Part shown: one piece after another, positions 24,741 through 37,261 of the stretch
Layout: the number at the start of each line of letters is the position of its first letter
How positions within the stretch are numbered: the first letter of the stretch is position 1
Source of the DNA: Hydrolagus colliei
Lineage: Eukaryota
Reading direction: 5' to 3'
Assembly: GCA_035084275.1 (NCBI GenBank)
Contig: CM068747.1
Span: forward strand, 17,732,001-17,796,000
DNA length: 64,000 bases
Notes under the pieces: model-generated
What the model saw: only the letters and a program-made list of their open reading frames with translations
Databases searched by the model: none
Told to the model about the DNA's origin: nothing
Made by a program: the position numbers and the translations under genes

Positions 24741-27159
24741 CTTCCTGTCCGCAGCTCAGACAGACATCTCTTCCCATTGAGCGATGGTTCCACCAGTTGG
24801 ATGTGCGGACTCTGCAGCCAATCAAGGTGGATTCCAGGCACTGGACGTACAAACTTGCATTCATGAACTTGGACTCCGGGTAACGCCTTCCAGCAACTCT
24901 TGCTCCAAGCCTCAGAGTTTCCTCATCAGCGTCTGGAGGAGGCCGTCTCAGTGTAGTGGGAGGACCTTTACAGTACAGCTTGTGACATATTGACCAACTT
25001 GATGTTCTCAAGGTCCAAGTCCAATGCCATGTACTGCTCAGTCCAGGTCCTCATTAGAGAGGCTTTCACCTATGAAGCTTCCTCTGCCTCCAAGGGGTTA
25101 GTGTCAGGTCAGTGCCAGCCAGAGACCTCCTTCCCTGAAGCCGCTTCCCGTATTTGCCAGGAGTCCACCTCACTGCTTGATCCTGGACTTTGCAGATGGG
25201 TCTGAATCATTGCTTTCCTGTGCAGGGCAAGGAAAGCCCTCCAATGTCAAGCCAGACAGAATTGCAAGTAGCCTGGCCAGAGCAGTTACAAGGCTTGAGT
25301 TGATGACTGGGGATCTCAACACATTGATTTGACAATTTTGCCCAGCATCCTGTTTGGTCATTGAGTTAACGGACATCTCTTTCAGCTTCCCCCTTGGCAT
25401 GCTCTGTCCCATCCATGGAGTACAAGTAACTCCCACTCTTACTTCCATATACACCACCATGCATTTATTTATTATTGATCCTCATTAGCCAGTCACTACC
25501 TCATCTACATAACCTATCAATCACTCTTTATAACATCATTGCTGACTCTTATGATACCAAAATTACCCCCAACTTCACACCATCTGCAAAATTACCTTAC
25601 ACTAGACCCGCAAATGCAGATCAGATCACAAGACAGGTTTGTATGACAAACCTATTACAGCTCATTTGATCTCTCCCTACTGTCTTCCTATGGTAACATA
25701 AATTATTTCAATAAAATGAGTCCTGGCCTCATAATCGATTGATAGGTAAATTGTTTTATCTATTGATTAACAGCTGAGCAAAGAAATACTTCCTGGTGAA
25801 TGCCTCTCCTAATATTGCCCTTCATAATCTTGAACTATGACATTCTGTACCTTGTTATCTTGGATTATGCATCCCCCAATATTCCACTGATTTTAACCCA
25901 GCTCAACGAGCAATAGCTAACCTTTGGACTTTCCATATTAATCAACTGCTAACAACACTTTCTTTCATTATTACATTTATTAAAGATTTTCAAACTTCTA
26001 TCTTATTTGAATAACACAAAATATGCTTTGTGATTTTGTTATGTGTGATAGCAAACTGTGACAGGTGGTGTTTAAATTATAACAAGGTGGAACTCAAAAT
26101 CCTTGAGGGTTTCTTTCCAATAATATCAGCCACATCAACAGTAACCAGTGTCACCTAGTGGATGGTAATATACTGCAGCCATATGTGTGTTTATCGTCTG
26201 AAAATTAAAAATTAGAGCTCTTCCTAGTGTACATACAATTTCAGGGTAAAATTGTTAATCCGAGGAAATTGATGCAGATTTATACAAACCATAGTGAACT
26301 ACATAGGCATATAATAGTTTCAATGAAATGCTGAATTGAAGATGCACTGGAGTGATGAATTTAATTTAAATTTTATGTGGTTTGAACACATTACTGAGAA
26401 ACAAATTAGGAAGATAAAATGTACTGCTCATAAGGATAGGGATGGAGTCTGAGGCAGAAGTTTCCATTGGAAATGAATTTGTAATCGTTTTCGCACGGCA
26501 AAGTAAATCACTGCAAGATAAAATACTTTGCGGTCCAATTTTCCCCAAGGATAGACAATAACAGATTTACTACCAGTCACCTTAGCAGAAATTATTGCCA
26601 TCAGTCAAAGTGGATATTCTCCCTGTGTGCAAGGCTAAAATTTTAATATTCTAAATAGCGAGCAGACTAGCCAGGCACACATAGTGGGTTAAGCAATCCC
26701 TTTATTTTTTTGGAGGGGATGGAGAGTTCTCAGGATGAGATGTAATTGAATAGCTGGGATCCTATCCCCTGACGAGATCTCATTTCCACACAATTTTCTT
26801 CAGTTGATTTCTCAAGTGCAGGTCGTCTTTGCGTAACAATGTGCAGACAATGCAGCAGCAGACAAAAACACATTTCACAATACACAGAGGCTCCTTCATA
26901 ACATATGCATTAGGTGAATAAAATCTGCAGCTATCCATCAGATTTCTGACAAATAATAGGCATATAATCGAATTGCAAGAATGATTAACAAGCAACATAA
27001 GAGTCACGACGAGTGTAAAGGGAATTCCCTGTGTGAACACTTCAGTTCACCAGCCGACTCTAAACTTTAGAGGGTTTAGAAACTTTCAGAGTAAAGGCAC
27101 ATCTAAAAAGATGTCTGGTTAACTATGAGGTCAATCTCACTCAAACTACCATTGCACAT

Positions 27160-27292
27160 TTCAATCTCTTGACTGCCATGCTTTGCCCACAAATATAAAG
27201 TCAATTTCACTTTACAATATATTCGGTGAAGTGCTTTGAGACGTCTTGAAGACATGGAAAGTATTATATCAAATGCAAGGATCATTATTTAT
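27160..27292 (+). mobile_element. SINE 3' fragment
   Basis: GCCCACAAATATA...GTGAAGTGCTTTGAGACG...TCAAATGCAAGGAT. Confidence 0.8.
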
Positions 27293-27781
27293 TCATTATT
27301 ATCAACCACTGTTGGAAACAAAAATACTACAGTGGCCTCTTCCAGTGAAATGTTTCTTAACATGCCATTTAAGATGACAGCTAGAAATTAAATTGGATAT
27401 TTTTAAAACTCTCCTTTCGTACAAGTGCGTAGGATTCCTAATTATGGATGGTAATCTCCATTGATTCCTTTCAGTTTATGCTACATTGATGCCAAACAAA
27501 CAAAATCTTGTGTTTTTACATATATACATACATACATGAGCTACTCAACCTCGAACGTCTTCAATATTCATTCATGATCAAACAGTACCCACATCAATCA
27601 GCGTACACAAGCACTCAATGTTTGATGTAGGCAACAACAAAAATTTGTATTTTTATTTGCCCATTTTACACAGGGTAGTGTCTTGGAGTGCTCAGAAGCA
27701 CACACATGTTATAGGCACAAGAACATAGATACTTCATGTCTTCTGTATATGTGTGTGTACTATCTGATTCGTGGCACAGCA

Positions 27782-28530
27782 TACAACAACAACAAAATTA
27801 CATTTGTAATTTGGAGGACGTCACAAGGCGCTGAACAATCAGGTCAGGACCCGAGCAGTGGGGGAAGGATTGGGGTAGGTGGAAGCGGAGGGAGAGTAGG
27901 AGAGGGGGAAAGAGTTAGGAGGGGAGCAGAAGGCACGGTCGAAGAGGAAAGTCTTCAGACCGGCCTTGAAGGAGGAAAGAGACCGGATTGGGTGGCAGGG
28001 GTGGAGGGTATGGGGATGAGAAAGGAGAGGTTAGCCCCGGATCTGTGTCCAGCGTGGCTGGCAGCGGAGGTGGGGAATGGTGCAGTCGGTGTGGCTGTTG
28101 CTGGACAGCCTAAACCGAGTGCCAAGGTGAGCCCAGCGGAGGATTCCCAGGCCAGAGCAGAGGGAGGCTGTGGGAGGATCGAGTGGGGATAGGAGGTAGG
28201 GAGGGCGGAGAGAGAGCAGGGCAGAGCAGGAGAGTTGCAGAGGGGTGGTGGGGCGGGAGGAGGGTAGGCAGGGAGGACAATGGGAGAGAAGGACAGAGTG
28301 AGAGTAGCAGATAGAGGTGGGTGGGAGGAGAGACATTTAGGGTGGTGGGGGAGACTCGAGTCGGGGCGGCAGCCATAATGCGCATGCAGGAGACCGAGAG
28401 TGAGCGATCAGTGGGGCAGCATCAGCCCACAGGCTGTATACCGATGGCTATGGGGCGACTAGCCATATCAGCCCTGCCATTTTGTCCTAGTTTATTTTTG
28501 TGGTTTTTTTTGTTTGTTTTTTTGTTGTTA
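27782..28530 (-). mobile_element. Internally deleted L2 (putative 5' region joined to 3' UTR and tail)
   Basis: 27782-27975 is the reverse complement of the L2 3' end at 29447-29650. It is followed by a GC-rich segment whose minus strand reads GANLSFLIPIP. Confidence 0.6.
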
Positions 28531-28589
28531 GTCTAGTGTTAGTGGTGATTGGGGAAGCACCGGTTATTTGTTTAGTAGTTCAGACAGTT

Positions 28590-29650
28590 CAGACAATGAA
28601 CGTGCAGTTGTATGTGGCGTTCCCCAGGGCTCTGTCCTTGGCCCCCTGCTCTTCACCCTATACATGCTCCCACTGGGTGATATCATCCGCAGACATGCGG
28701 TAAATTTCCACATGTATGCGGATGACACCCAACTCTACCTATCAGCATCTACCCTCGACTCCAGGACTACCGGCGTTCTGATTGCATGTCTGTCTGACAT
28801 TGAGTCCTGGACGAGGGCCAATTTCCTCCAGCTCAATGTCAACAAGACGGAGGCCCTCCTGATTGGCTCGCGTCAGCGCCTCCGCACCTCAGGCACAGGC
28901 AACATCAGCATTCAAGGCTGCTCTCTCCACCTCTCGAAGCCAGTCAGTAATCTGGGTGTCTTGTTTCACCCCGAACTGTCCTTCCTCCCTTATATCTGGT
29001 CCATTACCGGTATAGCCTTCCACCACCTCCGCAATATTGCCAGACTCCGCCACTACTTCAGCCCCCCACGCCGTCGAAACGCATTCACGCCTTTATGACT
29101 TCCAGGCTCGACTACGGGAACTCGCTCCTCGTCGGCCTCCCCAGCTCCTCCCTTCACAAGCTTCAAATTATTCAGAACTCTGCAGCTCATGTACTCTCCC
29201 GCACCAGGCTCCGCGACCACATCACTGTCTCCACTGGGTCCCCATCCCCCAGAGGATCGAATTCAAGATCCTCGTCCTCACTTTCAAGGCCATTCACGGC
29301 CTTGCCCCCACCTGTCTCTCCGACCTGCTGTCTCCCTATCAGCCTGCCCATCCCCTCCATTCAGCAGGCTCTGGCCTGCTCCATGTCCACTGCCCTAACC
29401 GCCCCACCATCTCGCAATTCCTTCGCTTCACTTCATCTCTTTTCTCCTTCAAGGCTGGTCTCAAGACCTTCCTCTTCGACCGTGCCTTCTACTCCCCTCC
29501 TAACTCTTCCCCCTCTCCTACTCTCCTTCCTCTTCCCCCTACCCTGACCCTTCTTCCCCTGCTCAGTTCCCGACCTGATTGTTCAGCACTTTGGGTCCTC
29601 CCAATGTGAAAGACGCTTTATAAATGTAATTTTGTTGCTGTTGTTGTTGT
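28590..29650 (+). mobile_element. L2 LINE, 5'-truncated, RT domain to tail
   Basis: [22 protein letters not shown]...[13 protein letters not shown]...[10 protein letters not shown]...SRLDYGNSLL; (TTG)n tail. Confidence 0.95.
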
Positions 29651-30479
29651 ATATAGCAATCATATCTGTCACAAATGCAAATCTGATGCAAACACACATG
29701 CAGCACCTGGCTCATAATTAAAATCTGAATGTGTACACAACATCTGACATAACGAACACACCAATTCTTCCAACGCTTGGGAACTGCACACCCACATTGC
29801 TCATGTACCTTTGAATAGTACAACTGAGCTACATGTACATTCATGCTTTTTACTGCTGGCCATCACACAATATTTTATATGCACAGACACACAAAATGTG
29901 ACACCTATGCATATACAAGCATAGTACTTGTGATTGTCACATTCAATGCGATGCACAGATAAAATCTTCCATATGTATAGTGTCTGATGAAACAGCATGT
30001 ACATGAGCTTTTAAAATATTATTCAACATTGAACTGGCTTTCAGAACCAGCAATATAATTGGATCTTGGCTAAACACACCCGCATTTGAGCGGTTGAACC
30101 TGATTGTAGATTTTGCTTCAAATATTATGAACCAAACTAAACAAACAAAATTAGGGTTACTCAGAATGGATTCAATCTGTCAGTTTCTACCGTTAGTTTA
30201 GTGGTTGCTGGTTGCCACCTAGAAAAAAAAGTGTAAACTACACTCAACTAAAAAGGAAACTAAACATGTGACTCAGATATTCCAACAGCAGTACGGTATA
30301 TCATTAGTAGATGTTCTTTGTTTGAAGGCATAAAATGATGCTGAGGTTTCTAACCGCAGGGAACGGCTGTTCCATCATATATTTTAAAAAATTGCTCCTG
30401 AGAACAATGACATTTTACGTTGCAGTTTCCAATAAACCTACCAAGCAGCTGCAGAAAGTAATAAAAAAAAGGCTAAGGT

Positions 30480-30740
30480 GTTGGTGAGTTATATAACAGG
30501 AAACATGGAATATTAAAGCAGGGAACTGCTGCTGCAGTTATACAGAGTGATCAGACCTCATTTAGAATTGCCCAATTGTAGGAAGGATATACTAATCTTG
30601 GAAGCTCTCCAGTTATAATTCAACACATTAATAACTGAACCGAAGGGTTTCCGCTATGATAAAAGTCTTAATACATTTGGGTTATATTCCCACAAGCTTG
30701 GGCGGTTCAGGTGGAAATTTGATTGAGGTGTTTCAAATTA
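30480..30740 (+). mobile_element. Old CR1 fragment
   Basis: CAGTTATACAGAGTGATCAGACCTCATTTAGAA...GGAAGGATATA...TTGATTGAGGTGTTTCAAATT. Confidence 0.55.
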
Positions 30741-31074
30741 AACACTATTAAAAATCAACTGTTGGACAGGCTTGGCTCAGGGCCTTCAGACCAATGAATA
30801 AAGGGTCATTGTTTGCCATAACACAGCACAGATTTCATCCCACCCAGGTAAATAAACCATTGGAAAGTAATACAGTATTAGTGTGAAGCTTAAAAATTTG
30901 CAAAATATAGGATGAATTGAATCAAAGTCGAAACAAGTTGACAGAACTTGGACCCCGAGTGGAACAAATGAGTTTGCTGCAGTGAGGTGGTGCACGCTAG
31001 TGTTTCCAAACAAGGTTAGGAGCAGGTTAGCAAATCTGCAGTTTTGCCCCTTAGTGAACTAGGACAATTAGAAA

Positions 31075-32140
31075 ATCAACCACAACTTGCCTTTATATAG
31101 CGCTCTGCAGGCAGTGTAGCAGCCCGGAACGCTTGTCAGTGGCAGAGCACGATGCCAAGCCAGATGGAGGGCGTGGTGACCGCAGGCACAATCAAATAGG
31201 GAGGTCTTCAGGCATGCTGCCTGAAGATGGGGAAGGCAAGCTGGAGGAATAGAGCAAGAGTGTTCTAGAGTTTCCAGGAATAGTGGCTGAAAGCGAGGCC
31301 ACCAATGGTGGAACAGAGGGCACAAGGGACATGTCGTTGGCCGGAGACAGTCGAGCAGAGGCAGCCAGCCAGTTGTGGGTTGGGTGAGTAAACAGGTCGG
31401 AGTGGTGGGGACATGGCAGGGAATTAAGAGATTTGAAAACAAGTGGAAAGTTCTTGAAATCGATCCGTTCGGATATAGGGTGCCAGTGGAGCTTGGCTGG
31501 AGGCGGTGTGCTTCGGGTGCGTAGTTTAGTACGAGTGCGTATGCCGATGGTGAAGTTTGGGATCAGCTGGATCCTCTGCATGGCAGAGCAGGAGAGACCA
31601 GCAAAGAGAACATTTGAGAAGACAAGTCGGGAGGTGACGAACGTATGGACGAGTTTTGCAGCCACATCTGTGATAAACTACAGACAGAGGCAGGCAATGT
31701 AGTGGAGGTACGCGGTCCCACTCAACGACCAGATGTGGGGAAGGAAGGACAGCTGTGGGTCAAACTTGACGCCTGGGTTTGGTAAGTCAGAGGGATAAGT
31801 GGGGGAGGTTGAGGAGGTCAGAGCCACAGGATAGAAGACGTTGATGGGAACCAATGTGTGTGGCTTCTGTCTTGTCAACATTTAGTTGTAAGGAAGTTTT
31901 CGCTCATCCAAGCCCTGATGTCTGCCAGACAAGCCGAGAGAACATCTACCGACCTGGAGACACAGCTGGAGGAGAAGTAGATTTGTGTGCCATCCACATA
32001 CATGTGGAAGTGTACCCCATGTCTGCTGATGACATCGCCAAGCGGGAAAATGTAGATGAAGAAGGGGAGAGGGCCAAGGATGGAGCCCTGGAGTACACCA
32101 GAGGTGACCAGGTGGGGACCGCAGGAGAAGCTGTTTGAGG
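31075..32140 (-). mobile_element. L2 LINE fragment
   Basis: Minus-strand SGVLQGSILGPLPFFIYIFPLGDVISRHGVHFHMYVDGTQIY...KFDPQLSFLPHI...VHTFVTSRLVFSN. Confidence 0.9.
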
Positions 32141-33074
32141 AGATAACATCAGATAATATTTCTTTATACAAAGATTTGTGAGAAGGTGGTATGTACTAAA
32201 GCATCAGGCTCTAATTGCAGAATTAACTGACCCTACTATAGTCAACTTTAATTACTGTGGTATGCCAGTGTATTCTAGTCCATAATTCAAGTGCACATAC
32301 ATGTTCACATATACATGGTTGTTGCATGCGGAAAGTCATTAATTTGGGTAGGAGTATTGGAATGAGAAAAAAAAACTCACACCAAGCTTGCAAGCTCAAA
32401 GAAGCCGATGAAATAAGTCAATTGACATGGTGGTTGTGCAACTCTTTCTCCAAGTTCAAAAGCTATTATATAAGTATAATGGTCAAGTTGAATTTGATTT
32501 CAGCAAGAGTCTCTGATTCTTGCTTAATTTGAGTCAGTAAAGAAAACCTGTACTATGTATATCTTCTAGTCAATGTCTGGTTCTAAAAAACGAAGTCTCA
32601 ACTGAAAACCACAAGCAAAACAATTTTTTTTTTGGGGTGTTCAGACGTCTGAAATTTGTTGTCAGACTTTTGGTGGGGCCCGATTTTATCTCGCCTTCCC
32701 TAAAACAAACTTGGTATCTACGTCACAGTTAACAGTTAGTAAGTGCTAACACCCTCTCCCACCCCACCCCACCTCCAATCAAAACCTCAATCACAAATTT
32801 GGTTTGAATTTTGTGGTTTTAGTTCCTCATCAGATAATTCAACGCGCCAAAGGAGACATTGCCATCAGACAGCTTGTAACAGTGGGCTTGACTTGTTGTT
32901 CTGACAGGAAGTTTCAAAAAACTGCCACACCTCGGCTGCTGCATCTGTTCACATTGTCCCGCGTGGGCTATCTGTGCTTATGGTACAGCTTTGCACGTGA
33001 ACATGCACCATAGATTAACCATTTAACAGGGATCCCTCCATACATCTGTACACCACCTGCGCACATTTCTTGTA

Positions 33075-33335
33075 CACTTAGTCCTTGCGTAACGTCACAG
33101 TTGTTTTCGCAAAACGTGCGACTTTAAGCGAAACAATGTTAAAAGAACCCGCACAAGAATACCGGACGTTAAGCATCTATATATGCCTACGCTACCCAAA
33201 GTAGTTCATTTCCACCCACGTGAACGGCGTAATAGCGAATGTCGAGACGTTAAATGAATACGTGTTCCCTATGTATCAGCAACGTAATAACAAAACAACA
33301 CTGACTGAAGCAAAACGTTAAGCGAAATCTACCTG
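33075..33335. mobile_element. Tigger/pogo-like MITE
   Basis: TA-flanked imperfect TIRs CACTTAGTCCTTGCGTAACG / CGTTAAGCGAAATCTACCTG; CpG-rich interior. Confidence 0.6.
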
Positions 33336-33377
33336 TATTTGGAAAAGTGTAAAGCAAATAGGGCAGAGATTCATATA

Positions 33378-33597
33378 CAGTAAAAGTCCGTTTATCCAGC
33401 ACCCTCGGGACCTGGCCAATGCCGGTTAAAGCGTGTGCTGGATATTCAGCAGAAAACGCCCCCACCTCAATTAAAAAAAAAAATTAAATGCATTTTTCCG
33501 GATAAATTCCGATTAATTGAATGGGGAACTTTTTTATGCAATGCCACTTAAACGTAAGCTAGGGTTGATCGGGTGCCGGATAAACTGGCTGTTACTG
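33378..33597. mobile_element. Tigger/pogo-like MITE, 220 bp
   Basis: TA-CAGTAAAAGTCCGTTTATCC ... GGATAAACTGGCTGTTACTG-TA; homologous, in opposite orientation, to the ends of 62880-63670. Confidence 0.85.
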
Positions 33598-34129
33598 TAA
33601 TAGGTTACGCCTACACACAGTTGCTTGAAAAGGAGCATAGGTAGCGGCACGTATTGATACAAATAATATCTTATTTTTTCTTTAAAAAAGACAAATAAGA
33701 AACATGACAGTGGCTGATTTTATTCTGAATATAGTTCTATAAATAATTTCTCGTGAGGTGATTGCTGAACGTGGATAATCCTGACTTGTAATATGATGAA
33801 GATTGTAGGCTTCCCTCCAATGAGGGGTGTGCACTCACCCACATTTTCCTTCCAATCCTGATGCAATCAGCTTCAGGCCAGTGACTGACATTGTGATGCT
33901 AGGCTGCTGCTCGGGCTATATCCAGTTCACTGCCAGGATATGTATAACAGCTGCCAGTGAGGATTCCCCCTAATTATCCCTTCCCCCGCCAGGAAGAATT
34001 TTCAATCTGGAGTTCCTTCCTCAAGTAATCACAGAATCAAAGAACATTTCAGCACAAAAAATTGTGAAGGAAATTTGGCCCATCCTGCACTATCATTCTT
34101 GTCACAAGCCACCTAATCTCACACTAAAT

Positions 34130-34895
34130 TCAGCGACCACATCACTCCCATCCTCGCCCAGCTCCATTGGCTCCCCATCCTCCAGAGGATCGAAATCACA
34201 ATCCTTGTCCTCACTTTCAAGGCCATTCACAGCCTTGCCTCCTCCTATTTTTCTGACCTGCTGTCACTCTGTGAACCTCCCTTCCATTCAGTGTGCTCTG
34301 GTCTGCTCCATGTCCTCACCTGACCCACCTTGCCATCGGTGGCTGGGCTTTCTCTGCCCTAACACTGGAACTCCATCCCACAATCCCTTCACCTCCCTTC
34401 CTCCCATGCCTCCTTCAACAACAAATAACAACAACAACAAATTACACTTATAAAGCGCCTTTCACGTCGGGAGGACGTCCCAAGGCGCTGCACAGGAGGC
34501 GTGTGACCCGAGCTGGGAGGGGAGTGTACGGGGAGGGGTGAACCACGTAGGGGAGGTCGAAAAATTCTGGGTGGAACAAAAGGCACGGTCGAAGAGGAAA
34601 GTCTTCAAACCGGCCTTGAAAGAGGAAAGGGAAGAAACGAGATGGAGGGATTGGGGGATGGAATTCCATAGGGTCGGAGCAGAAAAACTGAAGGCCCGGC
34701 CTCCGATGGTGGGGCAGTTCAAGGCTGGTCTCAAGACCCTCCTCTTTGATTGTGCCCTCTGACGCCCTCCCAATTCTCTCCCTCCCCTCCCCACCCCCAC
34801 CCTGGCCCTCCCCCTTGCTCGGGTCCCGATCCCTGACTGTTCAGCGCCTTGGGACATCCTCCCAATATGAAAGGCGCTCTATAAATGTAATTTTT
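34130..34895. mobile_element. L2 3' fragment (+) interrupted by an inverted L2 3' end (34419-34717, minus)
   Basis: Host reads ...CCTCCTTCAA|insert|TTCAAGGCTGGTCTCAAGACC; TTCAA duplicated at 34414-34418 and 34718-34722. Confidence 0.85.
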
Positions 34896-34923
34896 TTGGT
34901 ATTGTAATCTGTATGTTATAGGA

Positions 34924-35265
34924 TGTGGAGGCCTGTAGCTTAGTGGTTAGTGGCATTCACTTTGGAAGTGATAGAACCAAAGTTTCTATCATCCCAGGAG
35001 GGACAAAATGTTAAGCAGATTTCTTCCACACGCCTCTGTTCATTAGTAAAAAAGAACCCGATTATTAATCAATTGGCGGATTGCCTTCCAGAGGTAATAA
35101 TCCCTTTGAAAAAAAATCAATCCATGACTGTTTGTGGGTTACTACTGTATGTAAATACTGCAGCGTTTTGTCCACAAAATTTACTGTACAATATATTCTG
35201 TAAAGCACTTTGAGACATCACAATGAAGTGATGAAGCACTATATCAAATGTAAGGATTATTATTA
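34924..35265 (+). mobile_element. Older full-length SINE
   Basis: GTGGAGGCCTGTAGCTTAGTGGTTAG ... CTATATCAAATGTAAGGATTATTATT. Confidence 0.8.
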
Positions 35266-36549
35266 TGTTACCAAGCTCTGGCCCTTGTTAACTAGCTGTA
35301 CTGGCTCCAAAGTGATGCGCTTGGCAGCCAAAAGTCAGAATCAAGTTATTCCTCTCTGACAGTCTTGGTGGTCTGATTTCTGAGTCAGGTGAGTCTGTAC
35401 TACCCCAGGTCTCCACTGAGGATGGACCCAACAGCCTGGCTCGTCAGCAAAACTTGGAAGAAGAACTTGGAACAATGCTGAGGTATATAGGATTTTTATT
35501 AGGTAAGTGTACATTCCTTGTGTTTGTTAAGTCACTTAATACAACTCCATCTGAATCTCAATAAAACAGTTAGTCAGATATGTGCTTCCGCGTTGTTTTT
35601 CTTTCGATAAGTAAAAGTCCTCAATACCCATCTTGGTTTTATTTTAAGTCCTCTTGCACCACCTAGCTGCAAGCCTGCAACATGTCGCAGGTCTGCCCAT
35701 TGTTTTCGTCTGATTGTGAATACAGTACTGTATAATAATAGAAAAAATGATGGACTTTCCAGTTTCAATTAAAATATTGTTCTAGGTCAGCCAGGTGCCT
35801 GACACACGGGGAATCCAATCACCATGCTACAGAGTATCCAAACCTAACTGAGAAATTCCTTGTCTGAAAATACAATACACATGAAAATTCCAGAAATAGA
35901 TTGTTGAATTTCCTTCCCCTGACCAACTAACTCTAATGATTCTTTGTCATTCATCTCGGTCCTGTCAACTCTCCTCATTGGGGAGCAGGTGAGCGAGGTA
36001 ACCTTTGAACTTAATTGGCTCCAAGGTGACATGCCTGACAGTGGGATGTCAGAATCCCGCTCTCTCTCTTGTGGTCTTGGTCGCCTGGTTCCTGAGCCAA
36101 GCAGTTCCAGAGTATGTTGTGGTTTTGAGCACTCCTGATGGCATTGCAGCCAGCCTGCCTCATTGGTGGGGGGGGGGGGGAGGGGGGGGTGGGGGTAGGA
36201 GGGCTCAAAAGGCAATTAATCCTGTCCATTTCAATGCTTCCTCCAGTGGGAATGAAAAATCCAGGCTTCTCCAAATTGTGTGGATAAGAGCATTTGAGAG
36301 GGAAGACGTCAATATATTTTGCAACATTTGTGGTTGACTTAATTCAGTCTGATGCACATTTTGCGCTAAGTGGAAGGGCAATAAAGACTGTAGTGCCTGA
36401 TATGGTTGAAGTACTTTTCAGCAACCTATCTCTAGGGAATTTGCAGTCCGAGCCATGACACTGCCGCCCATTGTTGAAATGCTATCCAACAAATGTGTTC
36501 ATAAATCAATCAAATTCATAAATGAATGAATTAATACATAAAGAGGTCA

Positions 36550-36992
36550 CTCAATCCACTGCTGTCTGTGGGACACCGTTGTGCGCAATTGGCTGCCTCG
36601 TTTCTCCCACAAAATATACAGTCAATTCACTTTACAGTATATTCCGTGGAGCACTTTTTTTTCCCATGCATTTGATATAGCGCTTTTCACATCTTATCGA
36701 CGTCCCAAAGCGCTTCACAAAATATACTGTAAAGTGGATTGACTGTATATTTATGGGCGAATCATCGCAGTCAATTGCGCACAGCAGTGTCCCACACACA
36801 GTCGTGGATTGAAATGACCAATTTTATTATTGTGGTTTTTTTGGGGAGGGATTATTATTAGGCGTGTGGAGTAAGGAAACTTGCCCAAGGTTTTGCCCTG
36901 ACCTGCCTGGATTCGAACCCAGGTCTTCCCCAGCTTGGTCTCTCCCAGCTTGCAAGATAAGTGCTCTAACCACTGAGTCACAGGAGCTCCAA
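36550..36992. mobile_element. SINE fragment (+, 36550-36655) tail to tail with a full-length SINE (minus, 36667-36992)
   Basis: Family core present in both orientations; the minus copy's head is ...CCACTGAGTCACAGGAGCTCC. Confidence 0.85.
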
Positions 36993-37261
36993 AACGACTC
37001 CACTTTGAGTCTTTGCGAAGAAATGATAAGGATCGACTTAACAGCTTCTTGTGTGTGCTTGAGCGCGCATTGGGGGGGACGGGGTGGGGTGATTTGTGCT
37101 AACAGTTATGATTGTGTTCCTGTATTATCCGTTACATCTCCGACAGGGTGTGTCTAGTTTCCTATTACATATATATATATACACACACACACACAACTGG
37201 AGTGAAGAACCGTTAAACTGCGTTTGTTTGCGTTTGAGAACATGTTATAGACACTCAGTCC

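Noticed and set aside
1-37000. Additional protein-coding genes upstream of CXCR4
   Set aside because: No spliceable exon series with recognisable protein similarity; short ORFs map to repeats or look random. Small or non-coding exons cannot be excluded by eye.
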